This document shows positions 1-13,342 of a stretch of DNA of 64,000 nt, piece after piece. Position numbers and translations under genes: made by a program. This stretch comes from Vicugna vicugna. Taxonomy: Eukaryota. The notes beneath the pieces are model-generated. The model saw only the letters and a list, made by a program, of their open reading frames with translations. It ran no database searches and was not told the DNA's origin. Positions within the stretch are counted from its first letter, which is position 1; each line of letters opens with the position of its first letter. The stretch lies in assembly GCA_013265495.1 (NCBI GenBank), contig MU058718.1, forward strand, positions 2,937,779-3,001,778, written 5' to 3'.

Positions 1-199
1 AAACAAATGACTTAATTTATTTTGATAGACAATCTTTCCAAATATAAGACCCAAGGAAGGTTGGGGAGAGGAAGAATAACAAAAATGATCCTCAGTGGTC
101 GAAAGGTTGGGATAGATTTAGTCGCTATATATACATTTAAAAATAATCTGAGTAAGAAAAAAACCCCTTCCATCTCATCCATCGTTCTAGTGGCCTTCT

Positions 200-845
200 C
201 CTCTGCCATACCTCCTCACTGTTCTCTCCTGGATTTCTAAATGTTCTGCTTGCCTCATTCTTTAAATCTGCCACCCCCACAATGCTGCCAGGGTGACCTC
301 ACTAAACTGTACACTTGATCTTGCACCTCACACCCCCGCTCACATTCTTCAGTGCTACAGCACCTCTATAGGATAACACCTCAACTCTACAGCACAGCAA
401 TCTCTCACAACCAGGTTCCCTCCTTCTCAGTGTGACTGTTCTCCAACTCATGTTTTATATTACTGCAGTTCTTTTCCTCATGGTTCCCTGAACAAGTCTT
501 GCTCTCATATTTCCATACTTTGGACCATGGTGTTTCCTCCGCCTATAATACCCTCCTTGCACATTATTCTACCCACCACCCACCTCCAAGAAAGAAAAGT
601 AAAATATTTTCGTTCTCCCTGGAAAACACAAGACACTGGTCTGTGCAGCACGTCCCTACATCAGCAGGCGGCTGAGGGGCATTCCTCCTGCACTCTCTTC
701 CCCTGGTACTTGTCAGGAAGTCTGTCTCCTCAAAGAGGACTGGAATCTCCTCAAGGCTAGGATCTGCCAGCATCTCTATGATTCTAATGCCTGGAGTAGG
801 ACTGGGTCTGTAACAGGCACCCAGTAAGGTGTGCTGAATAGATTA
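200..845 (+). mobile_element. LINE-2 3' region fragments (old)
   Basis: Pyrimidine-rich L2-like tract ending gcctggagtaggactgg...gcacccagtaaggtgtgctgaatagat, similar to the L2 3' terminus. Confidence 0.55.
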
Positions 846-904
846 CTTAGAAATTTACCAGAAATGTGAATGAATTCCCTAGCAGAATCTGAAAAAAAAG
901 GGGC

Positions 905-1320
905 ACATATTAGCTTATTGCAAAACAGAAACAGACTCACATACATAGAACTTTAAATAATCTAAAGCCTAGAAGTAGGATGAGTGAGCCTGCAGTTTGA
1001 CATGTCATCCAGGACCTAGTTTCTTCCTGGTACCTTGGAATCACCACACCTTAAAGTTGACATCTCTCAGAGTAGTCAAATAAACAAGAATGCAGAGGCA
1101 AACGAGAGTGCTGATACTCATCCTGACTGGATGTCTTCGGTTATAAGCACCCTGTCACTGGGCAGGGGCATGGAATAGTTTGATTAGTTGAAGCCATTCC
1201 GGGCCCACCTCCAGCTAGTAGGATCAACTTCCCCTGAAGTACGTGGACATCAAAACAAAAACCTGGGTACCTTTGGGAAGTTGGGAGATGAGAGGAGATG
1301 CTAGATAAGCAGCCAGCAAG
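905..1320. mobile_element. MLT1-like (ERVL-MaLR) LTR remnant
   Basis: Motifs such as tgattagttgaagcca...gggcccacc...atcaacttcccctgaag and gatgctagataagcagcc resemble old MLT1 LTRs (from recall). Confidence 0.5.
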
Positions 1321-1779
1321 AAGAACAAAGGCAATAGTAAAATTCATGAATTTTAAACCAAAGAAACTTGATTTTTTCATACCCATCTGTATTCAGAAGT
1401 CATATCAGGTTTAGCAACCAGGCACAAAAATTCCTTTCGACCAAGACGAATTTCTAGCATGACATCGCCAACAAAAAGTGCTGTTCTCAGGGAAAATCCT
1501 CCAACTTAGAAGCATCTGCTTCTAATTTCTACAATGAAATCTTTGATTCCTTCATTCATGGGACTTACACTCAATTCCCTCTGACACAGGAACTGCAGCT
1601 TTTTAGATAATAATTTTGCTGTGAAATTCTCATTATCTGGTGGTAGTATATGGTGCTCTTTAAAGACTGAATTAAGCATCTGGGAAGTTGCTAGCTTTCT
1701 TATAACACTGCAAAAGGAGTTTTCATGTTATGAAATAGTTCTTAATAACAAGAGTGAAATAAATGTACAAACTGGAAAT

Positions 1780-2110
1780 GCAAAAGTCTATTGGCAGTAG
1801 ACTAGATAAATAAATTATGGTACATTAAAACAATTCAGCAGCAAACATTAATGGACTACAGCTACATATTAACAAGTATGAATCTCAGAATCAGTGCTGA
1901 ACAAAAAAAGCCAAGTTGCAGAATATATGCTATGATTCTTTTCCATGAATAGAAAGCTCAAAAACAGGCAACCAAACAATGATTCATTATACATATATAT
2001 GCGGTAAGACTATAAAGAAAGGCAAAGGAATGATTAACCTCAAAACCATAATAGTGGTGCTGAGGGGCGGGGGGAGGCTGGGGTAGGGAATGTCTTCAGA
2101 AAGGGGCAGG
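1780..2110 (+). mobile_element. Old L1M (L1ME-like) 3' fragment
   Basis: agataaataaattatggtacatt...atgaatctcagaa...gctgaacaaaaaaagccaag matches the typical old L1 3' region. Confidence 0.65.
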
Positions 2111-2169
2111 GACGGTTTCCAAAGGGCTTGACTTAGCCTCATGACTGCCAAATTTTTTCCATGTAGTAT

Positions 2170-2289
2170 AGAAGAAAGAAAGGAAGGAAGGAAGAAAGGA
2201 AGGAAGGAAAGAAGAAAAGGAAGGAAGGAAAAGAAAGAAAGAAGGAAAGAAAGCAAGAACGCAAGAGAAAGAAAGAAAGAAAGAAAGAA

Positions 2290-2349
<60 letters not shown>

Positions 2350-2352
2350 AAA
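2170..2352 (+). repeat. (GGAA)/(GAAA)n purine microsatellite
   Basis: About 180 bp of almost pure A/G tetranucleotide repeats. It explains the F/L/S-rich and K/E/R-rich ORFs. Confidence 0.97.
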
Positions 2353-2469
2353 GCAGGGACTTCAAATATTTCACAATTTAGAAAAGTAAAATAAGTCATA
2401 GGTACTGATGTTCAAATGCTGTGAATAATCACATACTGCTGATTAAACTTTAAAAAGATATATAAGAAC

Positions 2470-2932
2470 CAGTTATACAAGGGTTAAGTCACAACCCACT
2501 GTAGTCACTGACCAACAATGCATCGAGAAAGGAATTCAGGACAAAAAAACAGGACAAAAAAACAAAACAAAACAGGACAGGCACACTGTGTTTTAGATAA
2601 ACAAGCTCCTAAATAGATGCATGTCTCAGGAAGAATTTCAGTGACCCCAGATTCTTGCATCTTCCCATACATAGAAAAACACTAGACTCATTAATTTGAG
2701 ATATCTGCTCTTCATGATTGGCAGTAATCTTTTACCAAGATGTATGCCTGACTCCCTGTATTTCCTAGCCCCCAAATTCATATATACATACTGGCTTCTC
2801 CCCTGCCTCTTTGGAACATTTACTCAGAGCTACTGAGCAGCTGTTTCCTGGGCTATGGTCCTCAGCGAGAACCTGAATAAAACTTAAAGCCACAATTCTC
2901 AGGCTGTGGTGTTTTTTTTGTTTAAGTCAACA
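2470..2932 (+). mobile_element. ERV1-like solo LTR (MER34/LTR39-like), 5' edge uncertain
   Basis: TATA-like catatata, AATAAA at 2876-2881 and terminus ttaagtcaaCA. No clear TSD. Confidence 0.65.
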
Positions 2933-3844
2933 GTGATACGTGCACGGGTTTCTATCTACTATTAAATGAAAAAGTAATGCAATAGAGGACAACCAAATGA
3001 AAACCTGACCACTGCATCAGATCTTAGAGATGGCCTACCTAATCCAACCCCTTAATTTTACAGGTTAAGAAACTGACACTTTGAGAGAATGACTGGGACA
3101 AGATGACACCAGGTAGTTTTAGGCAATTGGTGCGCTTTTCCTGCCAGGATTTTTCTTCTCTAAGTTCAATTCGAAGACTCCCATGGGTAGGAAACAATTT
3201 AAACTAGTCTCTTTTCAGAGAGCTCATATTTTATATACTTAAGTAGAAACTTAAGAAACATGTTAAAATAATTTACTAAAGTAAACATACCCAAATGCTA
3301 GTAAAATCGGCCTTTTACTCTAAAATAGTTAAGAATTATACGTAAAAAAAAGTTTATGAAGCCAGAAAAAGACTTTGAAATGCCAAGAATCCAATTTTTA
3401 CCCTTATACATATAAATTATGGGCTGAAATTATTTTAACCAGACACACCCAAATGAGCAGCAATACCAGGTCAGCACACACGCACACATACTGTCCACAT
3501 GCCAAACGCGCAGAATGGTGTGAAGTGAGACTCACGGGGCCAGGCACTCTCTACAGTGAAAGATCAAAAGCACAGTCTACAGACTTCAAAGCAAAAGATT
3601 CCTCTGGACATTCTAACAAGGTTTTACAGTGCTACAAAAGTCTTATTTAACATCCCTTTGGGGGTTTTGCTGTGAATTCATAAGTTAGAAACAAAATTTT
3701 CACATAAATGTATAAAGACATCTAAAAATATCAATTTAAAATTCAGAAAAAAACAATGATTATTTTAATCACTAAAAACCCTAGAACTCTGATTCACAGT
3801 TTGAAAAGCCCTTAAGAGAAATGATAAATGTTTTGTTTTGTAGT

Positions 3845-4030
3845 TTCTTTTTCTATTGAAGTGTAGTTGCTTTACAATATTGTGTTAGTTTCAGATGTAC
3901 AGCAAAGTGATTCAGATATATACATACACAGGTATCTAACTTTTTTCACTTAGTGTGATAATCTCTAGGTCCATCCATGTTACTGCAAATGGCAATATTT
4001 CATTCTTTTTATGGCTGAGTAATATTCCAT

Positions 4031-4063
<33 letters not shown>

Positions 4064-4192
4064 CTTCTTTATCCATTCATCTGCTGATGGATGTTTAGGT
4101 TGCTTCCATGTCTTGGCTATTATAAATAGTGCTGCTATGGACATTGGGGTATGTATCTTTTTGAATTAGAGTCTTTGTCTTTTCCGGATACA
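3845..4192 (-). mobile_element. Artiodactyl-type L1 3' end with an internal deletion and a (CT)n(CA)n microsatellite
   Basis: attgaagtgtagttgctttacaatattgtgttagtttc and tccatccatgttactgcaaatggc...gcttccatgtcttggctatt are the reverse complement of the L1 ends seen at 29.0, 50.4 and 57.2 kb. Confidence 0.9.
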
Positions 4193-5779
4193 TGTATGGC
4201 TTCTTTATTATAGCTTCACAAAATATTTACCATTGTTATTGTCATGTAGGGATTCACCTCCAACACATTAAAAGACACTGAATCCTAACAAATCTTTCGG
4301 CTAACCATTAACCAGAGACCAACAATCTAAACTTTAAGAACATCCTCCCACCCACCCTCACTCTACTCCCATTCCCCATTCCCCTGGGGCATCATCAAAT
4401 CATTAGCCAATCTAGCCTAAGGAGACTGAAGTGGCTGGTGTTATTCTGGAGAAACATGAATCCAAGACTGTTAAGACTGCTTCACTGGGAGCCAGGGCCG
4501 CAGCCTTAGGTTTTTTCCAAGGGAATCTTCAGTAAGAAGCTGGCTCTCCTCTACCCGCCATCCAGTGTTTAATTTCCTTGGCTTCTAGAAGATAACTAAA
4601 ATGAATTTGCCTGTTCCATCAAGGATGATATCTTATTTTCCAGTGGTACTTACCTATGTAGTAACATTTCTATTTCCCATATACCAATTCATAGGCCTCT
4701 TTCCTAGAACTCTTCTTAAGTAGGATTTTTGAAATAAGACACAAACCAAGGTCAACTCAATTATTATCCATATATTCCAAAGGAAATAGAAATAAAAGCC
4801 ACTTAGCAGGGAACCTCTGGGCTCCCTGGTGTTTGAAGTCAACACAATCCAATAGTGAGTCACTAAATAGCCCAGTCAAGTTGCCTCCATTTCACCTACA
4901 TGTTCATTGGATTTTCTGGTTCTATGCTGTGCATCCCTCCTGCATATTGCCAAAAGAGAGCATTCCTTCTTATAGCAATCATCCTCTAATGCTTTGAGAG
5001 AGACTTAAAGTTTGGTTTTAAAGGGTGTGGAGGAAGGAAATCAGAATTACACCTTACCCTACACTAACAGGGTTAATCCTCCATGAAAAATGGAATCATA
5101 GCTCAGTCTTGAAGGTTAAAGCTAAAAACAAACAAGCAAACAAATCAAACAAAAACCAGAAACCACCCTACCTCTGCTCAGTACTGCTTTTTCAATACGT
5201 CTCTAATCATGCTGGAAAGACAACCACTCCTGAGACTGACCTACAGACTTTCATCCTGGAGAAACCAGACGAGCAGCCTATGACAAGGTCAGTCATCACT
5301 CATGGCAGGACAACGGTCCACCACCAACAGTGACTGCATCGCTGCCACCTTTCTCCTTTAATCCTACCAAGAAAAGGCTATATTTTACCAGTAACTGCCT
5401 TGGAATCATCTCATTTTAGATCCAGAGGCAAAAGACTATTCAAGTGTCCAAAAAATACTCATTAAGAGAGAAGTGCCCTTTTTTGTTCATAACTTTCTCA
5501 TTTGGACAAGTGAATTAAGAAAACATGGTTTGGTCCTAGTTGTGGGATTTCTAGGGAAAGCTGGATGAGAATTTTTTTTCAGATAGAAGGGTTGGAAAGT
5601 TGTAAGTTATCTACTGGCTTTGCATCTTCAGTAAAAACATCAAGAAATTCAGGAGATAAAATCCTGAAATTTCCTCTAGAGAGTCTTTCAATAACATCTT
5701 CCAATTGAATTCATCTATCTATGATTTGGAAATTATTTGCTCTAAGAGTATAAGAAGTCATGACAATTTATGAAAAAAA

Positions 5780-7310
5780 AAATCTACAGCTAATATTACA
5801 CTTAATGGTGAAAGATTGAATGGTTTTCCCCTAGCACTGGAAATGAAGCGAAGATGTTTGCTCTCTTTACTCATATTTAAAGTTGGAGGACTTACTATCT
5901 GATTGTCAGCCTTATTACACAGGATACAACAGTAATCAAAATACAGTATATTATTGGCCTAAAGAGAGACATACAGATCAAAAGAATAGGATAAATAGTC
6001 CAGAAATTGAGCCATACATAAAAAGACATTTAATTTTTGACAAACGTGCCAAGGAAATTCAATGAAGGGATAAACTTTCAATACATGGTGCTGGAGTAAT
6101 TAGAGATTCTTACAAAAAAAAACTGACTTCAATCCATACACAAAATTACTATGAAATGAATTACAGGTCCAAATGTAAAAGCTACAACTATAAAACTTAT
6201 AGAAACTTCAGTCATAAGATCTTTGTGATCTTGGGTTTCTTAGGGTACAAAAAAAACCATGAAACATTAACAAAAAAAGGAGAAATTGAACTTCTTTAAA
6301 ATTAAAAATTCTACTCTTTGAAAGTCACTTAAAAATGACAAGGCAACCCTCAGAGTAAGAAAAATATTTTTAAAACATTTTTCTGATTAAAGACTTAAAT
6401 TCAGAATAGATAAACAGCTTTTACAACTAAGAGAAGACAACTGTCTTTAAAACATGACTTAAATAGCCACTTAATCTAAGAAGATATACAAGTGCCAAAT
6501 AAGCATTTTAAATGATACTCCATATTATTAGTCATTAGAAAAATGTAAACAAAAGCCACAGTGCGATACCACTACACACACATACCACACACAAGAATGG
6601 TTAAAATTAAGACTGAATACAAAGTCTTGGTGAGAATTCGGAGCACCTAGAACTCTCAGACACTGCTGGTGGGAATGTGAAATGGTACAGTCACCCTGAA
6701 AAACAATTTGATAATTTCTTATACAATTAAATTCATTTACCATGCAACTCAAATTTCTCATTCTTAAGTATTTGCCCCAGAGAAATGAAAAGATATGTCT
6801 ACCAAAGACTTACACATGAATGTTCATAGTAACTTCATTCATAATAGCTCCAAACTGGAAACAATCCAAATATCCATTAATAACATGAATGAATACACAT
6901 ATTGTGACAGCTGAATGCTACCCAACAATAAAAAGAAACTACTGACATAAGCAACAAAATGCATGAATCCAAAAAGCATTTCGCTAAGTAAAAGAAGCCA
7001 GATACGTAAGCAAAGCAGAAAAAACTACATGCACTGTGATTCTACTTACATGAAATTCTATAAAAGCAAAACTAAAGTTGAGCAGTTGTCAGGGATGGGG
7101 AGGTGAGAGGAAAAGGCAGAAAAGAGAGGAAGTGGTGGAGGGGGAGAAGCTAAAAAGGGGCTGTAATAAAAATTATTGTTATCTTGATTGTGACACAGGT
7201 CACATGATTATATAAATTTGTCAAAAGTCACTAAATAATCTACTTAAAACTTGTGAACTTTACTTTTACTGTATGTAATTTATATCATAAAAAAAGCTAA
7301 TTTAAAAAAA
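5780..7310 (+). mobile_element. Old L1M element: degraded ORF2 pieces plus 3' UTR
   Basis: ORF 5883-6065 (YWPKERHTDQKNRINSPEIEPYIKRHLIFDK) resembles L1 ORF2. It is followed by cactgctggtgggaatgtgaaatggtacag and an A-rich end near 7290-7310. Confidence 0.88.
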
Positions 7311-9949
7311 ATTTAATGAATCTACACATTCATGAAAGTGCCTTACGTGTTAAGTAATACATTACCTCAAACCCTTTGCTGCATGACGCAGGGGTATAAA
7401 CAAAAGTGATACAATACATTAGGTAAATTGGCCAAATCCATGGCGTCAAGAAGTTTAAACCAGACCTTAGGATTAAAATGTCGGAAGTTATGGTGATTAG
7501 AAAAGACTGTAATTTTGAAGGATACTAAGGTTGGCCTTTTATGTTTATCAAAGGTATCACCTAGCAAAAATTCTGGAGAGACAAAAGAAAATTCCCTGTT
7601 AAACAAAAACTGCAACTGCAGTGTTTCTAATAGATAGTACTTCACTTGTCAGATGGTATAATTGTTCATTTATTTGTCTGTCTCCCCTCATCACTTAAGT
7701 TCTACCTTCCAGAGGATAGGTCTATGCCTTGTTCAATCACTGAATTTCCGACAAAATGCTTGGCACATTTGAATGAAATAACGAAATTCAGATGTTCTCA
7801 TGGTAAATTATGTTTCATCTGGAAAGTAAGGTTTCCTACAGAAAGATGCATGGTAGATATACTTCCATAAACACTAGCACTATTTCATTCAAGTTTCACA
7901 GCCTTCTTTACTTCAATTCAAAGATAACAAAGTTCTAAAGAGAAATCAAGCAACTGTACGTAACGTCTCACCTTTAAATATATAATATGCAATCTTTTTT
8001 TAAAAAAACTTTTTCTTTTACTAACCAATCCTACAAATTAATAAGAGATTTGTTTCAAGGTAACAGCTGCTCTGAACAAAGGATTGATAGTGTGAAATTT
8101 TATGCATATCTTGTTTTCTTCAGACAAAATCCAATGATCTGGAATTTTGTACCAAGTTAAATGCATTATCCTGGAAAGTAGAATATGTTTGAAAAATTAT
8201 CCTATTTAGTTCAGACCGACACAAAAATTCTCTACAGCAAAATCAATCTAAGCTAATTAAGGAACAAGTTGCTTTAGTGTATGGCAGAAATTAAATTGAC
8301 TTTAAAAGTTTCTTAAAAAAAATCAAAATCAAAATGTTGCACCATATTTTGCAAACACTCTAAAGATGTTTTATAAACAGAGTGACTGTGACTGAGGTGG
8401 CAAGAGAAAAAGCACAGGTCTCAGAGTTAGAAGAAGAGTGTCATGTTCCGGTTTTGTCACAAACTGTATCAGGTAAAGGTGTCAAATCATACAAGCTATG
8501 TAACTTTTTCAAGAGATGAAGCAGGAACAGAAAACAGAAGGGGGCTGAAGAAACAGAAGTCAGGGGAAGCTAAAGCTCCTATCTCAAGGAGGTCAAGGCA
8601 ACAGCAGAGACGATGGGCGCCACAGCAATACAGAAGTTTTCATGTTAGGTAATCCCAACGATTTGTTTTCCCCCCAATCTTCAAGAAAGGTAAGACCAAT
8701 ATAAACTCTTTAATAAGAAAACATGACATCCACTATCATCTCATTCCTGGGCCACAGGGACACCGTATCAGCTCAGATGATCGGAGGTGCACGTCAAGTT
8801 AAGCTTACCTCCTCATGAACAACTTGATCACCACAGGAGTGGACAGCACCACCCGTCAAGCCAAGGAGAAAAGAACTGCAGCAATGGTTAAATGGACATG
8901 TCCAGTGGATTAAGCTTATGCCTTGGCCAACCCCAGGAAAGCAGAGGAAATCTGTGCAGTCTACCCTCCTTATGCTCCCAGAAAACGGATGGCATGAGGA
9001 AATGAGAAACCTTGCAGGCTGGGAAGAAACTCTAAACTAAGGCATTTCAAAAGAGACCTTGCATGACCTTTTTTGGATGAAGAAATCACAGATAATTTCT
9101 ATTGCTGCATTCTATTGTTAATTTAAAAAACTAATCTTTACTTATGGTCTTTTGAAAGTTTAAGGAACAAAATTTGTATTTTTCATAGCCTTTTGAAAAT
9201 TTAATCAATAATATGTATATTGTTCAATGCCAACATGAAACCTGAATACCTATCACTGTTAGAGAAGAGTTATATTTCACTTATATGCCAGACGTAGGAG
9301 ATAGGCAAATGGGCTTTCATAAATACATTTCTGCTACTTTTTTAATGGATCAAATGCCCCCCTGACTTGCTGAAGTTTTAAATATACATGACGGTTCTCT
9401 CACCTTATGTAGATCAGAAAGAATAAAGCTGTCATACTGTTAGGCCAGTAGTTTATTTGAGGAAATAGATTTTATACACGATTTTGATATTTTCTAATCC
9501 TTTCACAGCCTCATAAAAATCATAGATTACCATTCACTGGAAGCTAACCCTAAACAATAGTCTATTAAATCTAAAACAAATCTGATAGGCACTAGTTAAT
9601 TACAAGATAGGGTCATTGCCCTCAAGAAACTCCTAATACAATTGGGGATCTAGGAAATATATATGAAAGGATGACTATATAAAGTAGTGTGTGCTGGGTT
9701 CCCATGAAGTGACACAGGCCAAAAACAGCTCAGTTTAGTGGAAGGAGAAGAGGAAGCGTGACCCCAAATAAGTTGGTATGTTTGACAGGACAATGGGGAG
9801 AACAATTTGGCTAGACTTAAGGAGCTTTGAGATGACACTGGAAAATAAGTATCTACAACACGACGATGGCAAGCTGACCTGCCTACCAGGGCAGTTAACA
9901 GAGGAGTGAAGGCTACAGGATGAAAAATGCCAATAGCCATGTGGTCTCA

Positions 9950-10218
9950 ATGTTGGAGGCCAGAGAGATCTCTGCCGGGGACTATGGGGGATGGCAGAGC
10001 ACACACCCCGTATAAAAGGGGAAGCTGTTACGCTGCTCCAACAGATCACTGCCACACCTTCCAGTTTTTTTTAAGAAAAGGTGTAATATTCCATTTTTTT
10101 AAACTTAAAATTTCTCAATTTTTAAATACTGGAAAATAAATATTTTCAACACTGCGTTAAAAACCAAAACATGTCTTCAGCCAATCTTGCTGGTGCGCCG
10201 CAGGCTCGCAACTCTGGT
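9950..10218. mobile_element. hAT-Charlie MITE remnant (MER102/103-like) within L2 fragments
   Basis: Terminus aaccaaaacatgtcttcagccaatcttgctgg...ctcgcaactctg resembles Charlie MITE ends (from recall). Confidence 0.4.
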
Positions 10219-11604
10219 TTGGCACATTGGACTCCATGCTAAGAGATCTGGATTTCATCCTGCAGTCACTGACTTAAGAGACTTAACATGTATTTCATAA
10301 TTTGCTTAGTTTTATACCTCTGCATACTCCAGTATTTACCATGTAAAACACTCAGCACTGCCAAATTATTTCACATTGGCCTGGTGTAAGTATTTCTGTT
10401 ACAGGCCAATTCGTTCATTTAACTAACTTATAGTTAGTGACTTATAAGTTTCAGCTGAAATAACATACAAAATGATACTAATAAAACAGTGTTGACAGAG
10501 CAGTACCTAAGAGAATGCTGACATTATACATGGATACAACCCACCAGAAACACACATATAATCACTGGAGTTCCACCTCTCAAAAAACATGTGCCATAAT
10601 CCACTACAAAAGAAAAGTCCTTACTCTTTCCAGCATTTTCCCATAATTAGTAACTTTCTAAAGACTATTACTATACAGTACTTTCTTTTATTACCAAGCA
10701 CTCAAATACATGTAACAATGTTTTAATTCTACAAATCACTATAAGCTTTTAACTATCCAAAAATAATATTTAAGCATTAAAGGTCTCTGTTTTAGCATTT
10801 TAAATAAGCTTAGAGAAAGAAAAGATAATTAGTATCAGAGACTCGTTGATTCTTTTTGATGACAGCATTAGAGAAAGTTAACATTATAATTCAAAGGTAA
10901 TTCCGAGATGAGAAAATTCTTGGTGCATAATTATGATATAAAATATAGAACTATGACAACTGCTTAATCACAGGCCTTGAGATAATTTTCACAATGAAAG
11001 TCATCAAAGTATAAAACAAACATTAAACAAGCAATGTTTCTATTACTCAGTTTGCTCTGGCTTCCGGGAACCCCTGACCTGAGCCATCTACTCCATGAAT
11101 GAAGGCTTCCAGCCCAGTGGGGTACCATGATTTGTGGGCTGGTCAGCTCAAACCTGTCACCACTACTGAAAAGAAGCCACCTCAAAGCACATGTCTCACT
11201 GGGGCTCTGTTGTATTCTTTTCATACAAAAGGGTCAATGGGTTGAATCAAGAATACGACTTCACTTAGAAAACAAAACAAAATACTGACACAAAGTGACA
11301 GTGCTTCCAGGATATAGTCCTCTTCCAAAGGGATGCAATAAAGAAAAAAGAAGCTGCATTAGAATTGTCTTTCTATCTCAAAATAAACAGGCTATATACA
11401 CTTTACACACTAAAGCCTTACCAATAATAACTAGGGGGAAACTCAAAGGCTCCCCATCCCTTTCAGAACCTGCTGAAGACCCTCACTGCCCCCAGCATTC
11501 CGAAGTCCTACCCCAGATTTTATCAGACATACTAAAACGTATACACATGATACTGAATATTTATAATAAAGAAACTCTACTGAAAATAAAAATTATCTTT
11601 CATA

Positions 11605-13342
11605 AGCTTTTCATTCTTGAGCCCACTCCACTGTAGTTTTTGTCTCCACCCCTCCACTAATACGGCTCTTGCCAAAGTCACCAGTGACCTCAAGGTTGCC
11701 AAATCCAATGAGCAACTTTCAGTCTTCATCCTACTTGACTTCTCAGCAGTACGTGATACCACTGATTCACTCTCTCCTACCTGAGATGCTTTCTTTACCA
11801 GACTTCAGGTATATTCTTTTTTTTTTTTTTAGGGGAAGAGGTAACTAGGTTTATTTATTTACTTATTTTTTAAGTGGAGGCACTGGGGATTGAACCCAGG
11901 ACCTTGTGCATGCTAGGCAGGCACTCTACCACTGAGCTATCTCCTCCCCCCACTTCAGGTATATTCTTTTAATTTCCCTCCTATCCTTCTGACTGCACCT
12001 TCTCAGTTTTCTTTACTGGTTCCTCTTTATCAACTCAAGCTCAGCCCAAGTACCTCATCACAGAAAAAGTAACTCATAGCTCCTTCTTCCCATGGTGTAG
12101 GTCAATATAATTAGTATCTATTACTAATAATACGGCTACTTAGGGAAAGGAAACATTTAATTAGGTCCACTATGTTGGAAATATGTGCGTAATTCCTTTG
12201 GCTTCAGATACTTTTTTATGAGATATCTTCTCTTTTCCACAAACCGTAAATACTAATATGACCCAAGGCTTGGTCCATGGACTGCTTTCCCTGTCTACAT
12301 ATGTTCCCTATATTATCTCATCCAAAGATTTGTGTGACTTCCAAATTTCTGTCTCTAGCCTGGACTTCTTCCTTGAACTCCAGATTCCTAAATCCAACAA
12401 CCAGTTCAACTTCTCCACTTGGAAGCTGAACATAACATGTTCAAAACAGCTCTTGGTTATCTTTCCCAAACCAGCTCTTCCATCAGATCCCCATCTCAGT
12501 TCATGGCAATTCCACAATTATGCAAAAAGCCTTGGTGTTATCCTTCCTCTGATCTCTCTTTTTCATATTCCTCAAACAGCTGGCCAGGAAATCCTATTGG
12601 TTTGACCTATAAAATAAATCTTGGTCATTTCTCACCACCTCCTCCTCTGTTACTGGCATCTCTCAACTGGATTATTGCCAATGGCTACTAACTTGTATTT
12701 CTGCTTCCATCCTTGACCACCCCACTCCATTTTTCTATCTCAACACAGTGGCCAGTGATTCTATTAAAATGCAAGTCGAGTCACCTTACTGCTCTGCTCA
12801 AAACTCTCCAATGATCTCCCATCTCTCTCAGGGTAAAAGCCAAAGTTCTTAAAATGCTCCACCAGGTAGGCTCTACACGATATGCTCCTAAACTTCTATA
12901 ACCTCATGAACTACCACTCTGTGGCCTTCTCACTGGTTCTGGGACACCCAGGCACACTTCTGCCTGAGGCCTTCGCTGGACCCTCTGCTGGAATACTTTT
13001 CCCCTAGGAACCTCTGTGTGGCTAGCTTCCTCCCTCAAGTCATCTTCTCAGTATGTCCAACCTTGAGTACATTATTTCAAATTGCCAAAGGCCTCACTTC
13101 CCTCTTCCAGTACTCCTAATGTCCCTTACCTTGCTCTGCTTTTTCTTTTCCCAATCACACTTACTACTTTCTAAAATACTGTAAAATTTACTTTGCTGTG
13201 TTTAGTATTTTTCTTTCCTAACAGGATAGAAGCTCCATGAAGGCAGGACTTTCTCCCTTATTTTGCTCACTGACATATCTCTGGTGCCTAGAACAGTGCC
13301 TGGTACACAGCAGGCATGCATTATGTTGAATGAAGGAATGAA
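11605..13342 (+). mobile_element. LINE-2 fragment, interrupted by a SINE
   Basis: gctcttgccaaagtcaccagtgacctc...gccaaatccaatg...catcctacttgacttctcagcag, ending ggtgcctagaacagtgcctggtacacagcagg...gttgaatgaaggaatgaat. Confidence 0.85.
11817..11951 (-). mobile_element. tRNA-derived camelid SINE (vic-1-like) with TSD
   Basis: Minus strand has A box TAGCTCAGTGG, B box GGTTCAATCC, an AT-rich tail and poly(A). TSD acttcaggtatattc(tttt) starts at 11802 and 11952. Confidence 0.92.

Noticed and set aside
1987..2399. F/L/S-rich and K/E/R-rich ORFs
   Set aside because: They are translations of the (GAAA)n microsatellite.
4648..4760. Perfect minus-strand donor TAG|GTAAGT at 4654 as an exon end
   Set aside because: No convincing acceptor at a suitable distance, and isolated consensus donors are common in long introns.
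11875..11951. tRNA-Ala(AGC) gene (also 47690-47764)
   Set aside because: The tRNA-like head is followed by a SINE tail and poly(A) and is flanked by a TSD. The acceptor stem is imperfect.
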